Positions 31,988 through 42,972 of a stretch of DNA of 64,000 nucleotides are shown here, piece after piece. This DNA is from an uncultured Spirochaetota bacterium (GTDB taxonomy: Bacteria; Spirochaetota; Brevinematia; Brevinematales; JAOACQ01). Position numbers and translations under genes: made by a program. Each line of letters begins with the position of its first letter. Position 1 is the stretch's first letter. Location of the stretch: contig CAWAOD010000014.1 in assembly GCA_963783575.1 (NCBI GenBank), forward strand, positions 96,001-160,000, given 5' to 3'. The notes beneath the pieces are model-generated. The model was not told the origin of the DNA. It did not search any database and saw only the letters and a list, made by a program, of their open reading frames with translations.

Positions 31988-32929
31988 ATGAATGAAAACG
32001 GTTCTAAACAGAAAAATATAATTATTATAAAAAAAAATAGCGGATTTTTGTCCCGTTACAACAATTTTTGGGGGTGGCTTTTCCTGACGCCTGTTGTGCT
32101 GGGTCTTTCGCTATGGGTGGCTTTCCCGCTGGGATTAAGCTTATTTACAAGTTTTACAAAGTGGGACCTGATTACCAAACCGGTTTTTATCGGGTTCAGA
32201 AATTATGTCGATATGTTTACCAGCGATCCGCTTTTCGGACAGTCGGTTTTCGTAACGCTGTATTTTACCATTGCAGGCGTCTCGTTACAGATTATACTGG
32301 CTTTTGCCGCCGCGCTGCTGCTGAATACAAAAGTTAAGGGCATGAATTATTTCCGGACGATGTTTTATATGCCATCACTTGTCCCGGTAATCGTTTCTTC
32401 CGCTCTCTGGATGTGGCTGTATAATCCTCAGTTCGGACTCTTCAATATTTTGTTAACTTCTCTTGGTTTTTCTCCGCTTAAATGGGTTTACGGTATAGGT
32501 TCTGTAATACCCAGTCTGATCTTGATGAGTGTCTGGGGAATTGGAAATATCATTATCATTTTTCTTGCGGGTCTGCAGGACATATCGAAAGAGTTGATTG
32601 AGGCCGTGGAAATTGACGGTGGAAACCTATGGCACAGGTTCAGGCACATTATTCTGCCCTTGATGACGCCGACAATCCTTTACAATATAGTGATCGGTAT
32701 CATCAATGGCTTCCAGACATTCACACAGCCCTATATAATGACGAATGGAGGTCCCGCGAACGCCTCTCTTTTTTATGTTCTGCATCTTTACAAGCAGGCG
32801 TTCCTTTATTCAAAAATGGGCTATGCCAGCGCGATGGCCTGGTTTGTATTTATTATGACAGGTATAATTTCGATCATTATCTTTAAAACATCCTCGGGAT
32901 GGGTATTTTATCAAGGAGACGGCAAATAA
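31988..32929 (+). CDS. Carbohydrate ABC permease (MalF/UgpA-like)
   Basis: FIGFRNY, EAA loop ELIEAVEIDGG, TNGGP, MGYASA. Confidence 0.94.
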   Translation: MNENGSKQKNIIIIKKNSGFLSRYNNFWGWLFLTPVVLGLSLWVAFPLGLSLFTSFTKWDLITKPVFIGFRNYVDMFTSDPLFGQSVFVTLYFTIAGVSLQIILAFAAALLLNTKVKGMNYFRTMFYMPSLVPVIVSSALWMWLYNPQFGLFNILLTSLGFSPLKWVYGIGSVIPSLILMSVWGIGNIIIIFLAGLQDISKELIEAVEIDGGNLWHRFRHIILPLMTPTILYNIVIGIINGFQTFTQPYIMTNGGPANASLFYVLHLYKQAFLYSKMGYASAMAWFVFIMTGIISIIIFKTSSGWVFYQGDGK

Positions 32930-33774
32930 TGAAAAGGAAAAATAAAAACAAATCCTATTTTACCATTATGGTTTATTTTTTTCTGGTCATTTTTTCCCTT
33001 TTCTGCGTTTTTCCTTTAATCTGGCTGATCAGGAGCTCATTAATGAATTCGCGGGAAATTTTTACCCTTCCTCCGTTATTATTTCCCGCGGTTCCGAGCT
33101 GGAACAACTATCTCGATTTGTTTAAAGTTGTTCCATTTGTACGGTATTTTTTCAATACAGTTCTTATTGTTTTAATTAATGTAGCGGGCGCTCTGATGAG
33201 CAACACCATTATAGCTTACGCGTTCGCCAGAATCAGGTTCAAAGGCAGAACTATTATGTACGGGTTATGTATCGCAACACTGATGCTACCGCAAACAGTT
33301 ACCATGATCCCACTTTATATTGAATGGACAATATTCCATGGGATAAACACATACGCGCCGTTAACTGTTATGTCATTTTTCGGAAACGCCTTTTACATAT
33401 TCATGCTTCATCAGTTTTTCAAAACCATCTCGATCGAATACGATGAAGCGGCTTTTGTGGACGGCGCAAACCACTTCCAGGTACTCACAAGCGTAATAGT
33501 CCCGATGTCAAAACCGGCTTTAGCTGTAGTAGTGATCTTTACTTTTATGTCTTCATGGAACGATTTTATGGGGCCTTTCCTTTATATAAGCGACCAGAGT
33601 AAATACACCCTTTCTCTCGGCTTGAAATACTTGATATCGGGCTACTCGGTAATCGGACAATGGCAGGTTTTGATGGCGGCCTCTGTCCTGATTGTATTGC
33701 CGGTAGCGCTTTTGTTCTTCTTTATGCAGCGTTATTTTATAGAAGGTCTGACAATGGGCGGTTTGAAGGGATAA
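32929..33774 (+). CDS. Carbohydrate ABC permease (MalG/UgpE-like)
   Basis: EAAFVDGA, SWNDFMGP, QRYFIEGL..GGLKG; ATG overlaps the upstream TAA. Confidence 0.94.
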   Translation: MKRKNKNKSYFTIMVYFFLVIFSLFCVFPLIWLIRSSLMNSREIFTLPPLLFPAVPSWNNYLDLFKVVPFVRYFFNTVLIVLINVAGALMSNTIIAYAFARIRFKGRTIMYGLCIATLMLPQTVTMIPLYIEWTIFHGINTYAPLTVMSFFGNAFYIFMLHQFFKTISIEYDEAAFVDGANHFQVLTSVIVPMSKPALAVVVIFTFMSSWNDFMGPFLYISDQSKYTLSLGLKYLISGYSVIGQWQVLMAASVLIVLPVALLFFFMQRYFIEGLTMGGLKG

Positions 33775-33796
33775 TTAAAATAAATTGGAGATTCTT

Positions 33797-35743
33797 ATGG
33801 GTCAAGATACACAGGAAATAAACCTTAAAGATATTAAAATTAAGGATGATTTCTGGACAAAATACCAGGTTCTGGTTTATAAAAATGTAATCCCTTATCA
33901 GTGGGATGTTATCAACGATAGAATTCCCAATATTGAACCAAGCCATGCGGTTAAAAACTTCAAAATCGCGGCTAAACTTGAAAAGGGAGAATTCTACGGC
34001 TTTGTTTTTCAGGATTCAGACCTTGCAAAATGGCTTGAAACATTTAGTTACAGTCTGATGATACATCCGGATCCTCTGATGGAAAATAATGCCGATGAGG
34101 TAATTGACATAATCGAAAAAGCCCAGCAGCCAGACGGTTATCTCAACACATATTTCACCATCAGGGAGCCGGGTAAACGGTTTACCAATATGCATGAAGC
34201 ACATGAGCTATACTGCGCCGGCCATTTTATTGAAGCGGCAGTCGCTTATTATAATGCGACAGGCAAGAGAAAACTGCTGGAAATAATGTGCCGTTATGCT
34301 GATTTAATTGATCGGACGTTCGGTCCTGAACCTGGAAAATTGAAAGCATATTGCGGCCATCCGGAAATAGAGCTTGCGCTGGTTAAACTATACCAGACTA
34401 CCGGCGAGGAAAAGTATTTGAAACTCAGTAAATATTTTATCGATGAAAGAGGCAGGGAGCCTTATTATTTCGATCTGGAATTTAAAAAGAGGGGAGGAAC
34501 CTATATACTTCCTGAATTCCGCGGTTTCGACCGGAAATATCTCCAGGCACATCTTCCGGTAAGAAAGCAGACTACTGCTGAAGGCCATGCCGTCCGCGTA
34601 ACATATCTGTTTTCCGCTGCCACAGACATCGCCCGCCTCACATGGGACCTGGAACTTAAGGAAGTATGCGGAAAAATCTGGAATAATATAACTTTAAGAA
34701 GGATGTATATTACCGGAGGTATTGGTTCAGCATCTTACGGAGAAGCATTTACCTGTGATTATGACCTTCCCAATGATACTATGTATACCGAAACCTGCGC
34801 GTCTGTCGGGATGGTCTTATTTGCTTACCGGATGCTTAAGCTGGAAGCAGACAGGCATTATTCGGATATAATGGAACTACAGCTTTATAATAATGTATTA
34901 AGCGGAATTTCATTAGACGGTACACGATATTTTTATGTAAATCCACTGGAAATATGGCCAGAAAGGTGTGAAAAAAACCCCGGCTTAAAACATGTCAAGC
35001 CTGTCAGGCAGCCCTGGTATGCCTGCTCCTGTTGTCCTCCCAATGTATCAAGACTTATTGCTTCCCTCGGAATGTATATTTATACAATTATGGAAAATCA
35101 AGTTAATATTCATCTTTATATCGGAAGTGAAGCCGGGCTGAATATCGGTGGAAATTCTGTAAAAATCACACAGAAAACCTCGTATCCGAATGAAGGGATT
35201 GTTCAGATTAAGATCGGTACGGAAAAAACTCAGTCTTTCTCAATAAATTTAAGGATTCCGGGATGGTGCAAAGAATTTTCCTGTATAATAAACGGTGAAA
35301 GTCAAACAGACCGGAAACAGGAAAAAGGTTACCTGAAAATTGACAGAGTTTGGTCTGACGGTGATATGGTGGAGCTAAACCTGAAAATGCCTGTAACTTT
35401 AATCTATTCTCATCCAAAAGTCAGAAGTACCGCTGGAAAAGCAGTAATTCAGCGGGGGCCTGTTATTTATTGTCTGGAAGAAGCGGACAATGGCCCGGAC
35501 CTTCAAAATATCAGCCTTGCAGATAATCCTGACTGGAAAACTGAATTTAAACCTGACCTACTGGGAGGAATTGTAATTGTCAAAGGCAGTGCTTTCCGCT
35601 CCGAGGAAAGCCAGTGGGACAACTCAACTCTTTATGGACCTATAGAAATTGATAAAAAATCGGTCGAAATAACGGCTATTCCTTACAGCCTTTGGTGCAA
35701 CCGTAAGCCGGGAGAAATGATAGTCTGGATTAAGAAATGTTAA
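33797..35743 (+). CDS. GH127 beta-L-arabinofuranosidase-like glycoside hydrolase
   Basis: FQDSDLAKWLE, HELYCAGH, GHAVR, GEAF, YTETCAS, CSCCPPN. Confidence 0.95.
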   Translation: MGQDTQEINLKDIKIKDDFWTKYQVLVYKNVIPYQWDVINDRIPNIEPSHAVKNFKIAAKLEKGEFYGFVFQDSDLAKWLETFSYSLMIHPDPLMENNADEVIDIIEKAQQPDGYLNTYFTIREPGKRFTNMHEAHELYCAGHFIEAAVAYYNATGKRKLLEIMCRYADLIDRTFGPEPGKLKAYCGHPEIELALVKLYQTTGEEKYLKLSKYFIDERGREPYYFDLEFKKRGGTYILPEFRGFDRKYLQAHLPVRKQTTAEGHAVRVTYLFSAATDIARLTWDLELKEVCGKIWNNITLRRMYITGGIGSASYGEAFTCDYDLPNDTMYTETCASVGMVLFAYRMLKLEADRHYSDIMELQLYNNVLSGISLDGTRYFYVNPLEIWPERCEKNPGLKHVKPVRQPWYACSCCPPNVSRLIASLGMYIYTIMENQVNIHLYIGSEAGLNIGGNSVKITQKTSYPNEGIVQIKIGTEKTQSFSINLRIPGWCKEFSCIINGESQTDRKQEKGYLKIDRVWSDGDMVELNLKMPVTLIYSHPKVRSTAGKAVIQRGPVIYCLEEADNGPDLQNISLADNPDWKTEFKPDLLGGIVIVKGSAFRSEESQWDNSTLYGPIEIDKKSVEITAIPYSLWCNRKPGEMIVWIKKC

Positions 35744-35913
35744 TCCCAATAACGTGATTGAAAATTCATGAATTACATTTTTTCCATAAATAATGTTTAA
35801 TATACAGGCTAATCTCTAGGAAAATTTATAATTCCTACTTTCCGGCAGGTCATATGGCAGCAGGCTTTTTTTTCGAGACTTGTGCTGAGCTTATCGAATG
35901 TATACCGAGCCCC

Positions 35914-36747
35914 CTATATATTTGAAATGCTTTCCAGGACCATTGTTACCCCGGGCCTATGCGCCTTTATAACAAGAGCTCGCGGAGAATCCTCCACCCA
36001 GAAAGCGCCTTCCCTGGCATACGCATCCAAAAGCTTACCGAGAAACGGATCGGCGCAGGTAAAACCAATTTTGATAGTATTAAATTTTCCGGCCGGCGTT
36101 TCGATCGTTTCCTTTCCAATATAACGTACATAACACGGGATTGCTTCTTTCAGGGCAAAGGGCTCGACCAGTAGCAGAATCCCGCCGCCCATAATGTCCA
36201 GAAAGCGCATTCCTACCCATATGAAGGCCATAGAATTATAAACCGGATACTCCTTTTTAATTCTGACCTTGCTGAATGTCCTCTTCAATTCATAGCCGTC
36301 CCAGAGCTGTTGTTCATAATTCACCTTCTCATTGTCCGGGTCAACTTTCAGATCAAAGGCCATTATCCCGGTCTTATTATACTTTTTTATAGATTTCAGC
36401 TGATTATCATAATCTTCAATCATGGAGCCTGTTTCCAGTGAAACGGAGATAAAACCGTTATATTTACTGTAATCGGAGGGTAACTGGTCCGAAGTACCTG
36501 CATTAATAGTCTGGTAAAATATTTTCACATATTTTTCGGCTTTATTGACCTTTGACACGGTATAAAAGTATTCGGAAATTTCCCCGTTTACGTAACTCCT
36601 GTATTTTAAATATTCCCCATCCGCAATAATGATTTTTGCCGGCTTCATAGCGGGGATATCATCTCTGGAACCCATCGCGGATATTTCTCCGGCCGTCAGC
36701 ATCATCCATATGGAAATTATCAGAATCCCTATTTGTTTCTCTTTCAT
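35914..36747 (-). CDS. Secreted protein, DUF3108-like
   Basis: Signal peptide; GKETIETPAGKFNTIKI motif. Confidence 0.6.
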   Translation of the reverse strand: MKEKQIGILIISIWMMLTAGEISAMGSRDDIPAMKPAKIIIADGEYLKYRSYVNGEISEYFYTVSKVNKAEKYVKIFYQTINAGTSDQLPSDYSKYNGFISVSLETGSMIEDYDNQLKSIKKYNKTGIMAFDLKVDPDNEKVNYEQQLWDGYELKRTFSKVRIKKEYPVYNSMAFIWVGMRFLDIMGGGILLLVEPFALKEAIPCYVRYIGKETIETPAGKFNTIKIGFTCADPFLGKLLDAYAREGAFWVEDSPRALVIKAHRPGVTMVLESISNI

Positions 36748-36844
36748 TTTTTTTCCTCCTGATTAGTTTCATCTCAAAAATAATAGCGCAAAATTTGCCG
36801 GAATACAATAGGAATCATGATTCATTTTCAATAGGAAAAACGGT

Positions 36845-37972
36845 CTATTTTTTCTCATACTGGATCTGCTGTATCAGAAAGGAAAGCTCCATCCTGCTGT
36901 TCACACCGGTTTTCTTATAAATACTGTGAACATGGTTTTTTACGGTTTTTGGGGAAATAAAGCATTTTTCGGCGATTTCCTGATTATTCAATCCCTGCAG
37001 AATAAGCCTGACAATCTCCTGCTCCCTGCCGGATATGGCGAATTTATTGAAAAATATTTCGTCCGGTTCCACAACGTGGGTTCTTACCGACAGAATATAG
37101 AAAAACCTTGCTGTAAAAACTAAAAAAAGGATGTTCCAGAAAAGATAGAACGCAAGATGCGTCCAGATATAGAGCCTGTCGTCGGATGGTATAAAAATAA
37201 ATGATTTCCTTGATACCAGAAAGTCAAAAAGGAGAAAGCTGTAGAAATATGCCAGTGTCAAAATGACGAGGCCTTTTGTCTCCACTTTCAGGCTGATATT
37301 TTTAACAAGCGTGACCTGTCTGCCGCCTATCTGCCGGAGATCCCCCGTAGGCAGGCCAAGCAGGCTGCTTGATCGGTGTAATTCCCCGCGATCTTGCCGT
37401 GATTCCCTTTCCCGATCCTGATTAATACTCCGCTGATTGCTGTGGAGTAGTTTAATGTTTATAACCAGCAGGACCGGCAGATAAAGTGCGATCAGAATGA
37501 TAATAATTCCCGGGATTATATTGATGAATTGAAACGGGGCATCGGGAAGCGACCAGGCACCAGCAAGAAGATAGGGAAGAATTTCTGCCGCAGCTGTCAG
37601 AGTTACCAGAACTAAAAGAACTGTATTACCGGCTTTTTCATACGAAACCGATAAAAAATGGTGCAGAAGAAAAGGTGCGATGAATAAAAACAGAAGTGAT
37701 ATATCGGAGCTTATCTGGTAGCTGATCAATAAATAATAATATAATACCGAATTATCCATTCTAATGGCGAATAAAATATTATTTAAAAGTACCCGGATGG
37801 TAAATATAGACAGAAAAATAATATAATACTTTACGCTCTTGTATTTGTATTTATAATATAGGATGATGGACACAACCAGAGATGCCAGCCCAAGGGAAAA
37901 TGAAAGGAATTGAAAAGAAATAAGAAGATATTTCATAATAATAGGTTCCTTTCCAGCTTTTGTGTGGATCAA
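36845..37972 (-). CDS. Membrane-bound LuxR-family regulator with an in-frame repeat insertion
   Basis: About 7 TM segments; ISGREQEIV..GLNNQEIA...TVKNHVHSIYKK; paralogous layout to 22962..23867. Confidence 0.87.
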   Translation of the reverse strand: MIHTKAGKEPIIMKYLLISFQFLSFSLGLASLVVSIILYYKYKYKSVKYYIIFLSIFTIRVLLNNILFAIRMDNSVLYYYLLISYQISSDISLLFLFIAPFLLHHFLSVSYEKAGNTVLLVLVTLTAAAEILPYLLAGAWSLPDAPFQFINIIPGIIIILIALYLPVLLVINIKLLHSNQRSINQDRERESRQDRGELHRSSSLLGLPTGDLRQIGGRQVTLVKNISLKVETKGLVILTLAYFYSFLLFDFLVSRKSFIFIPSDDRLYIWTHLAFYLFWNILFLVFTARFFYILSVRTHVVEPDEIFFNKFAISGREQEIVRLILQGLNNQEIAEKCFISPKTVKNHVHSIYKKTGVNSRMELSFLIQQIQYEKK

Positions 37973-39438
37973 TTTTCATGAATCCTCATCATACCGATAA
38001 CGATCTGCCTTTCCGCTGTGAAGGATTTATTGACTGATAGGAATTTTTATAATACAGCCAGAGGTAGTGTACTGGAAATATATAAATATTGCAAAAAAAC
38101 GCATTGATCGCTTGACCAACATGTGAATGGATGCGAAAACAAACTCCCGTTATTTTTTAAAACTGAATGGCCGAGGCGGTAAACCATGCCGGTTTTTGTT
38201 TCACCTTTCCTGATTACAGGGCATTTCCCGTTATTGGAAGATTTTTCGAGCTCTCTGATAACGTCGTTTTTAACAAAAAAAACAAGAACATAAATATTCC
38301 CGTTTCTGAGATAGCCTGCATTTCCGTTGGCTATGTTCTAAATGATAATGTGCCTGAATGCCTTGATGGCCCTCTCTATATAGCAGCTCGATCCCTATCT
38401 TAGAGGTTTTAGAGTGGTAAAACAACAATTTTTAAGGCATTCCCCCGAGAGTTTTCAACGTACGCGCTGGTTCACCCGACTTATTGGACATACTTCTGGT
38501 AGATTCTGTCCAACTCGCTAGAATCTTTGAGACTTTTTATAGCGAAATGGATACGATTCATTATTTAAAAGGCCATATTATATATAAAACATACTAAAAT
38601 ACATATTATCATAATTTTAAGGTTTTATATTGAGAAATTTCAACACATCCTTTTTTAGGATGTGAACTCAAATAATTAATTTCAGATCTTTATTGATCTA
38701 TTAATCAATTTCTTTGATTTTTAATGATATTCTAAAAATAGTTATAAATTTTCATATTTTATATTATTTTAAAATCTTTCTGTTAATCTGACTTTAATAA
38801 ATCAGGTCTCTGCCACGAGAGTGCTTTATTAAATATTTTCAATTCATTATTTCTTATCAATCATAAAATTTAATTTTCATATCACCCCACATGGGTGATA
38901 CGTTTTGATATTTTCTGTATTATAATAATATATGTGGGGATTTTGGGGGCTTATGAAATAATTAATAATGAAAATGGGGCTTCCATATGTACAAAGGTAA
39001 CTTGTTTATGGGTACACATTAAATTAGGTTAATAACTGGTATGGTACCCCACAATATCAGCTTACCTATTTAAGATACCCAATCAAACATTTACCGCAGA
39101 ATGCTACAAAAAGGAAGCCCTTTAATTTAATAAAGGGGTTTTTGGGGAAGGGGGCTTTAATAGGGGCTTCCAAATGAGCAATTGTAAATGTCAATGGATA
39201 CTCATTATACTTGGCTACCACATGGCAAATCCCCCCTCAAACCAGCCTGCCTGTTTATGATATCCAACCCTAAACATTTACAAAAGAATTTTACATAAAG
39301 GAAGCCCTTATCTTTTATTTTTAAAATATTACTCTGCGAGAATAAAATATATTGAGAAGGAATAGTCGATCTGGACATATATGTCACCTAATAGATTTTC
39401 ATGTCATATTTTTGAATACATGAATTTTGGAGGATACT

Positions 39439-40137
39439 ATGAAAATATTCTTTATGATTTCCGCCTTTATTCTGATTTTCTGGAGTTTGGTCTCAGCAAC
39501 TGACAATAATAATAATATTCTGACTACGAACATCGTTACATACGGAATTGAATTGACACCGGAAATGATTCCAAACATTCAAGAGTTGTTCCAAACATCT
39601 AACGATATCAAACGCATAGAGACTAATCTTACCATCAACAGAACACTATCTCAAGAGGATGAAGAATTGTTATTGAACTTTATGGTTAAATGGCAGAAAT
39701 GGCAAGAATATATTACTTTAATCATTCAATCCAATCAATCTCTTGATATAAAAGTTATAACCAATATTACTATTAATAAGAATGATAGCAACAATATAAA
39801 TAAAACACACATTATATCAGCAAAATTCTTGGGAACTAAAATGATGGAAGATACTGTCGGGCCACCAAATAGCACTGTCACAACACCAAATAAAATAGTA
39901 CATTTTTCTCGACAAATCTCACTCCTTACTCGAACTCCCAGTCAATTTACTTACGTTAATATGCCATTAATTATTCGTGGTATAAATAATACAAAAGCAG
40001 ACCCAATATTTGGAGGTTATGTTCATCTTAGTGGGATAGGAACAACGATACTTACAATAGATTGTGGTGTTAATGGTTGGTCTGGAGAGCCAATTAGACA
40101 ATTTACAACAACAATATCTTGCGACATTATGTATTAA
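39439..40137 (+). CDS. Hypothetical secreted protein
   Basis: GGAGG RBS, signal peptide MKIFFMISAFILIFWSLVSA; no recognised domain. Confidence 0.6.
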   Translation: MKIFFMISAFILIFWSLVSATDNNNNILTTNIVTYGIELTPEMIPNIQELFQTSNDIKRIETNLTINRTLSQEDEELLLNFMVKWQKWQEYITLIIQSNQSLDIKVITNITINKNDSNNINKTHIISAKFLGTKMMEDTVGPPNSTVTTPNKIVHFSRQISLLTRTPSQFTYVNMPLIIRGINNTKADPIFGGYVHLSGIGTTILTIDCGVNGWSGEPIRQFTTTISCDIMY

Positions 40138-40796
40138 TATATATTCACATGATAAAAACCGAAGATGGATAAAAAATCCCGAAATAGAAACTTAAGAATG
40201 ATCTACTGGTTCCGTACTCTACTGACTACTTCAAATGCTTGAAATATTTATTTTTGATTTTCTTGGAAGACAATAAATGGAACCTGGAAAACCCTTTGCT
40301 ACACAAACCTGGAAGACACCGAAAAACTTCAGAGAATATCTCAGTTTACGGCATCTTTATTTGATGAGATTATTCTGAAAGCAGTGGTAGATTAATAATC
40401 CCGTTGAGTCAAATATTTTTCTACTCAAATTTGATTATTTTAACGAGTGGGTTTAAGATTTAACAAAATCGGAAATAGTAAATCAGCGTTAACAGAGTTT
40501 TTCATGTTTAAACAATTGCAGTTCATGGTTATCCCTTCTTCTTCTGAATTGGACCTCAGCATCGGATATCGTTCTTTTAATGGTAATTATGAGAATTATT
40601 TTTTTAAGGAACTGATACCGTATATAGAATCAAACTATTCTACTGATACCTCGAACCGCCAAATCGGCGGTAATTCAATGGTGGAAATGATAAACTAATT
40701 TACCAGGGTAGCAATAAATGAAATTCCCATACCTGTCACAAACAGATTTCCCATAGAGAAGCTTGAAGATTACCTTTAATGAAAATTCATTAAAGG

Positions 40797-42094
40797 ATGG
40801 CAGGAATAGTGAAAAATATTATGTATCAGGACATAAAAAAACTGAAACTTTTGGGGAAAAGTAAAAATGGTGTATCCCGGGAACTGTCAATAGATATTAA
40901 GACAGTCCGAAAATATTGGGCTATGAACGATTCCGAATACCAGAAAAGCCTGATGGAATTCTCTTTCCGTGAAAAAGAATTCGAAGGAATAAAAACAGAC
41001 ATATTGAAAGTATATGAAAAGAATGATTACATCCGGCTAAATATGTCTGCTTTGTATGACTATTTATTGGAGGTAAAAGGCAAACTACCGGCGAATGAAA
41101 ATACGATGAGGAATTTCGTACATTACCTGATTGAAAGCGGGCAGCTTACCTTGAATGAAAAGCGACGGTATTACACAAAAGTGCCGGACATGCCATATGG
41201 AAAGCAGCTCCAGCTTGATTTCGGTCAATATACCGACAGATATGGCAGAAGGTATTACATATTTGCCGCGGTGTTATCCGCCAGTCGTTTTAAGTATGCG
41301 GCCCTCCAGGAGAGGCCATTCCGGACAGAAGACCTTATCAATCATCTATTGGACTGTTTCGCATATATGAGCGGGATACCGCAGGAACTTGTCATCGATC
41401 AGGACTGCACGATGGTTGTGAGTGAGAACTCCGGCGATATCATCTACACGAAAGACTTTCAGTATTTCAAAGATGAAAGATCGGTGCAAGGGAAGCTCGC
41501 AGTGTGAGTGACAAATGCCGGATCGCTGTGGACACAAGCCAGTATGATATACCTGAAAAATACAGGAACGGTTCGGTTGACATTTACAAAACTGACAGCC
41601 TGCTTTTTGTCTTTGACAGGATTACGGGTGAGCAAATCGCTGAATATCGGCTTTCGGTGATTCCGGGGCAGATTATAACCAACAGGGCAATGATCCGTGA
41701 AATGGGAAAGACAGTGAAGTTATTGAAAGAAGAAGTAAGCGGGTACTTTGATATTCCAGGCTGGAAGGATTTTCTTGAATGTAATTTCAGGAAGTTCAAT
41801 CGTTATGTAAGGGACCAGTGTCTTTCCGGAAGAAAATACTTCAGGGACAAGATAATTGATACAGATAAGCTGACACAAGCGATCTCAAACTGTCTGGATA
41901 ATGATAGTTACTCAATGAAGGATTTATGGGATAATTACCGGAACTGTCTGAAAATAGAACATTTAGAAATACCTATGAATGTAGAAAAGATAGTCAGGCC
42001 ACTTATGAATCCTGAACACTATCTGGAAGTAGCCAAATCAGACATCGGGAAATACCAGAGACTCTGTAGTTCCATTGGGGGCCGGCAATGTTGA
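40797..42094 (+). pseudogene. istA: IS21 transposase IstA with internal deletion/frameshift near 41480-41505
   Basis: HTH, QLQLDFG and ELVIDQ present; no KGKVE-type third catalytic segment; two ORFs. Confidence 0.8.
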
Positions 42095-42837
42095 AGATAA
42101 GAGAACAAATCATAACTGCGCTTACAACTCTCGGGTTGAAGGGGATGATAAAACGGATTGACGATGAAATCGGCGAGGCTGAAAAGGCGAAAGAGTCTTA
42201 TCTGAGTTTTTTGCAGAGGCTGCTTTCTCTGGAATTGAATTATAGAGTGGAAAAACGTTTTCAGCGGAATATGGCAGGAGCACATTTCCCAGTCCGTAAA
42301 GATGTGGAAGGTTTTAATTTTGAAAAAGTGAATGGAATATCTAAAATGGATGTTTCACAGCTATTGGATTTCCGCTGGATTGATAATCATCATAATCTTT
42401 TGTTCTTTGGGTCTCCGGGGCTTGGGAAAACGCATCTGGCAATTAGCATCGGAATCCGGGCAGTTGAAAAGGGATATATTGTTTGCTTTGAAAGGATGAC
42501 TACTCTCATTAAGTTTCTTAAAACGGCGGACATCCAGAGAAGTTCTGCTTTCAGGCTGAACCGGATGATGAAGTCACACTTATTAATCATTGATGAGATA
42601 GGCTACACGCCTATCGAAAAGAAGGAGGCAAATCTATTTTTTAGTCTTGTAAGTGAATTGTATGAAAAGACATCGATCGTGATAACATCGAATAAGGGAT
42701 TTCAGGATTGGGCTGAAATGATGGGAGACCCGATTATGACAACAGCTCTTCTGGATAGGCTTTTACATCATTCAAATATTTATAACTTGAGCGGAGAATC
42801 TTACAGAATACAAAATTTGAATAAGGAGGTTGAGTAA
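42088..42837 (+). CDS. istB: IS21 helper ATPase
   Basis: GSPGLGKTHLA, LLIIDEIGY, ITSN, ALLDRLLHH, GESYR. Confidence 0.96.
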   Translation: MLKIREQIITALTTLGLKGMIKRIDDEIGEAEKAKESYLSFLQRLLSLELNYRVEKRFQRNMAGAHFPVRKDVEGFNFEKVNGISKMDVSQLLDFRWIDNHHNLLFFGSPGLGKTHLAISIGIRAVEKGYIVCFERMTTLIKFLKTADIQRSSAFRLNRMMKSHLLIIDEIGYTPIEKKEANLFFSLVSELYEKTSIVITSNKGFQDWAEMMGDPIMTTALLDRLLHHSNIYNLSGESYRIQNLNKEVE

Positions 42838-42857
42838 CCATTCTTTGCCTCCTCACT

Positions 42858-42972
42858 ATGGGAAATACTCACGTGGAAGGTATGGGGAAAACTCTTGTGA
42901 AGCATATGGGAAATACTCTTGTGGAAGGGGTGGGAAATTACCCGAGCGCAGATATGGGAAAAACTCTTGACA
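42858..42972 (+). repeat. IS21 right-end tandem repeats (about five at ~24-bp period)
   Basis: Repeated TGGG(A/G)AA.ACTC-like units inside the right inverted repeat. Confidence 0.8.

Noticed and set aside
38167..38403. 78-aa ORF upstream of the second membrane LuxR gene
   Set aside because: No RBS or recognisable motif; may be a gene fragment but cannot be supported
42858..42972. Regularly spaced repeats resembling a mini CRISPR array (and ORF 42858..43160 built from them)
   Set aside because: ~24-bp period, degenerate units inside the IS21 right end, mirrored at the left end, no cas genes: typical IS21 transposase-binding repeats
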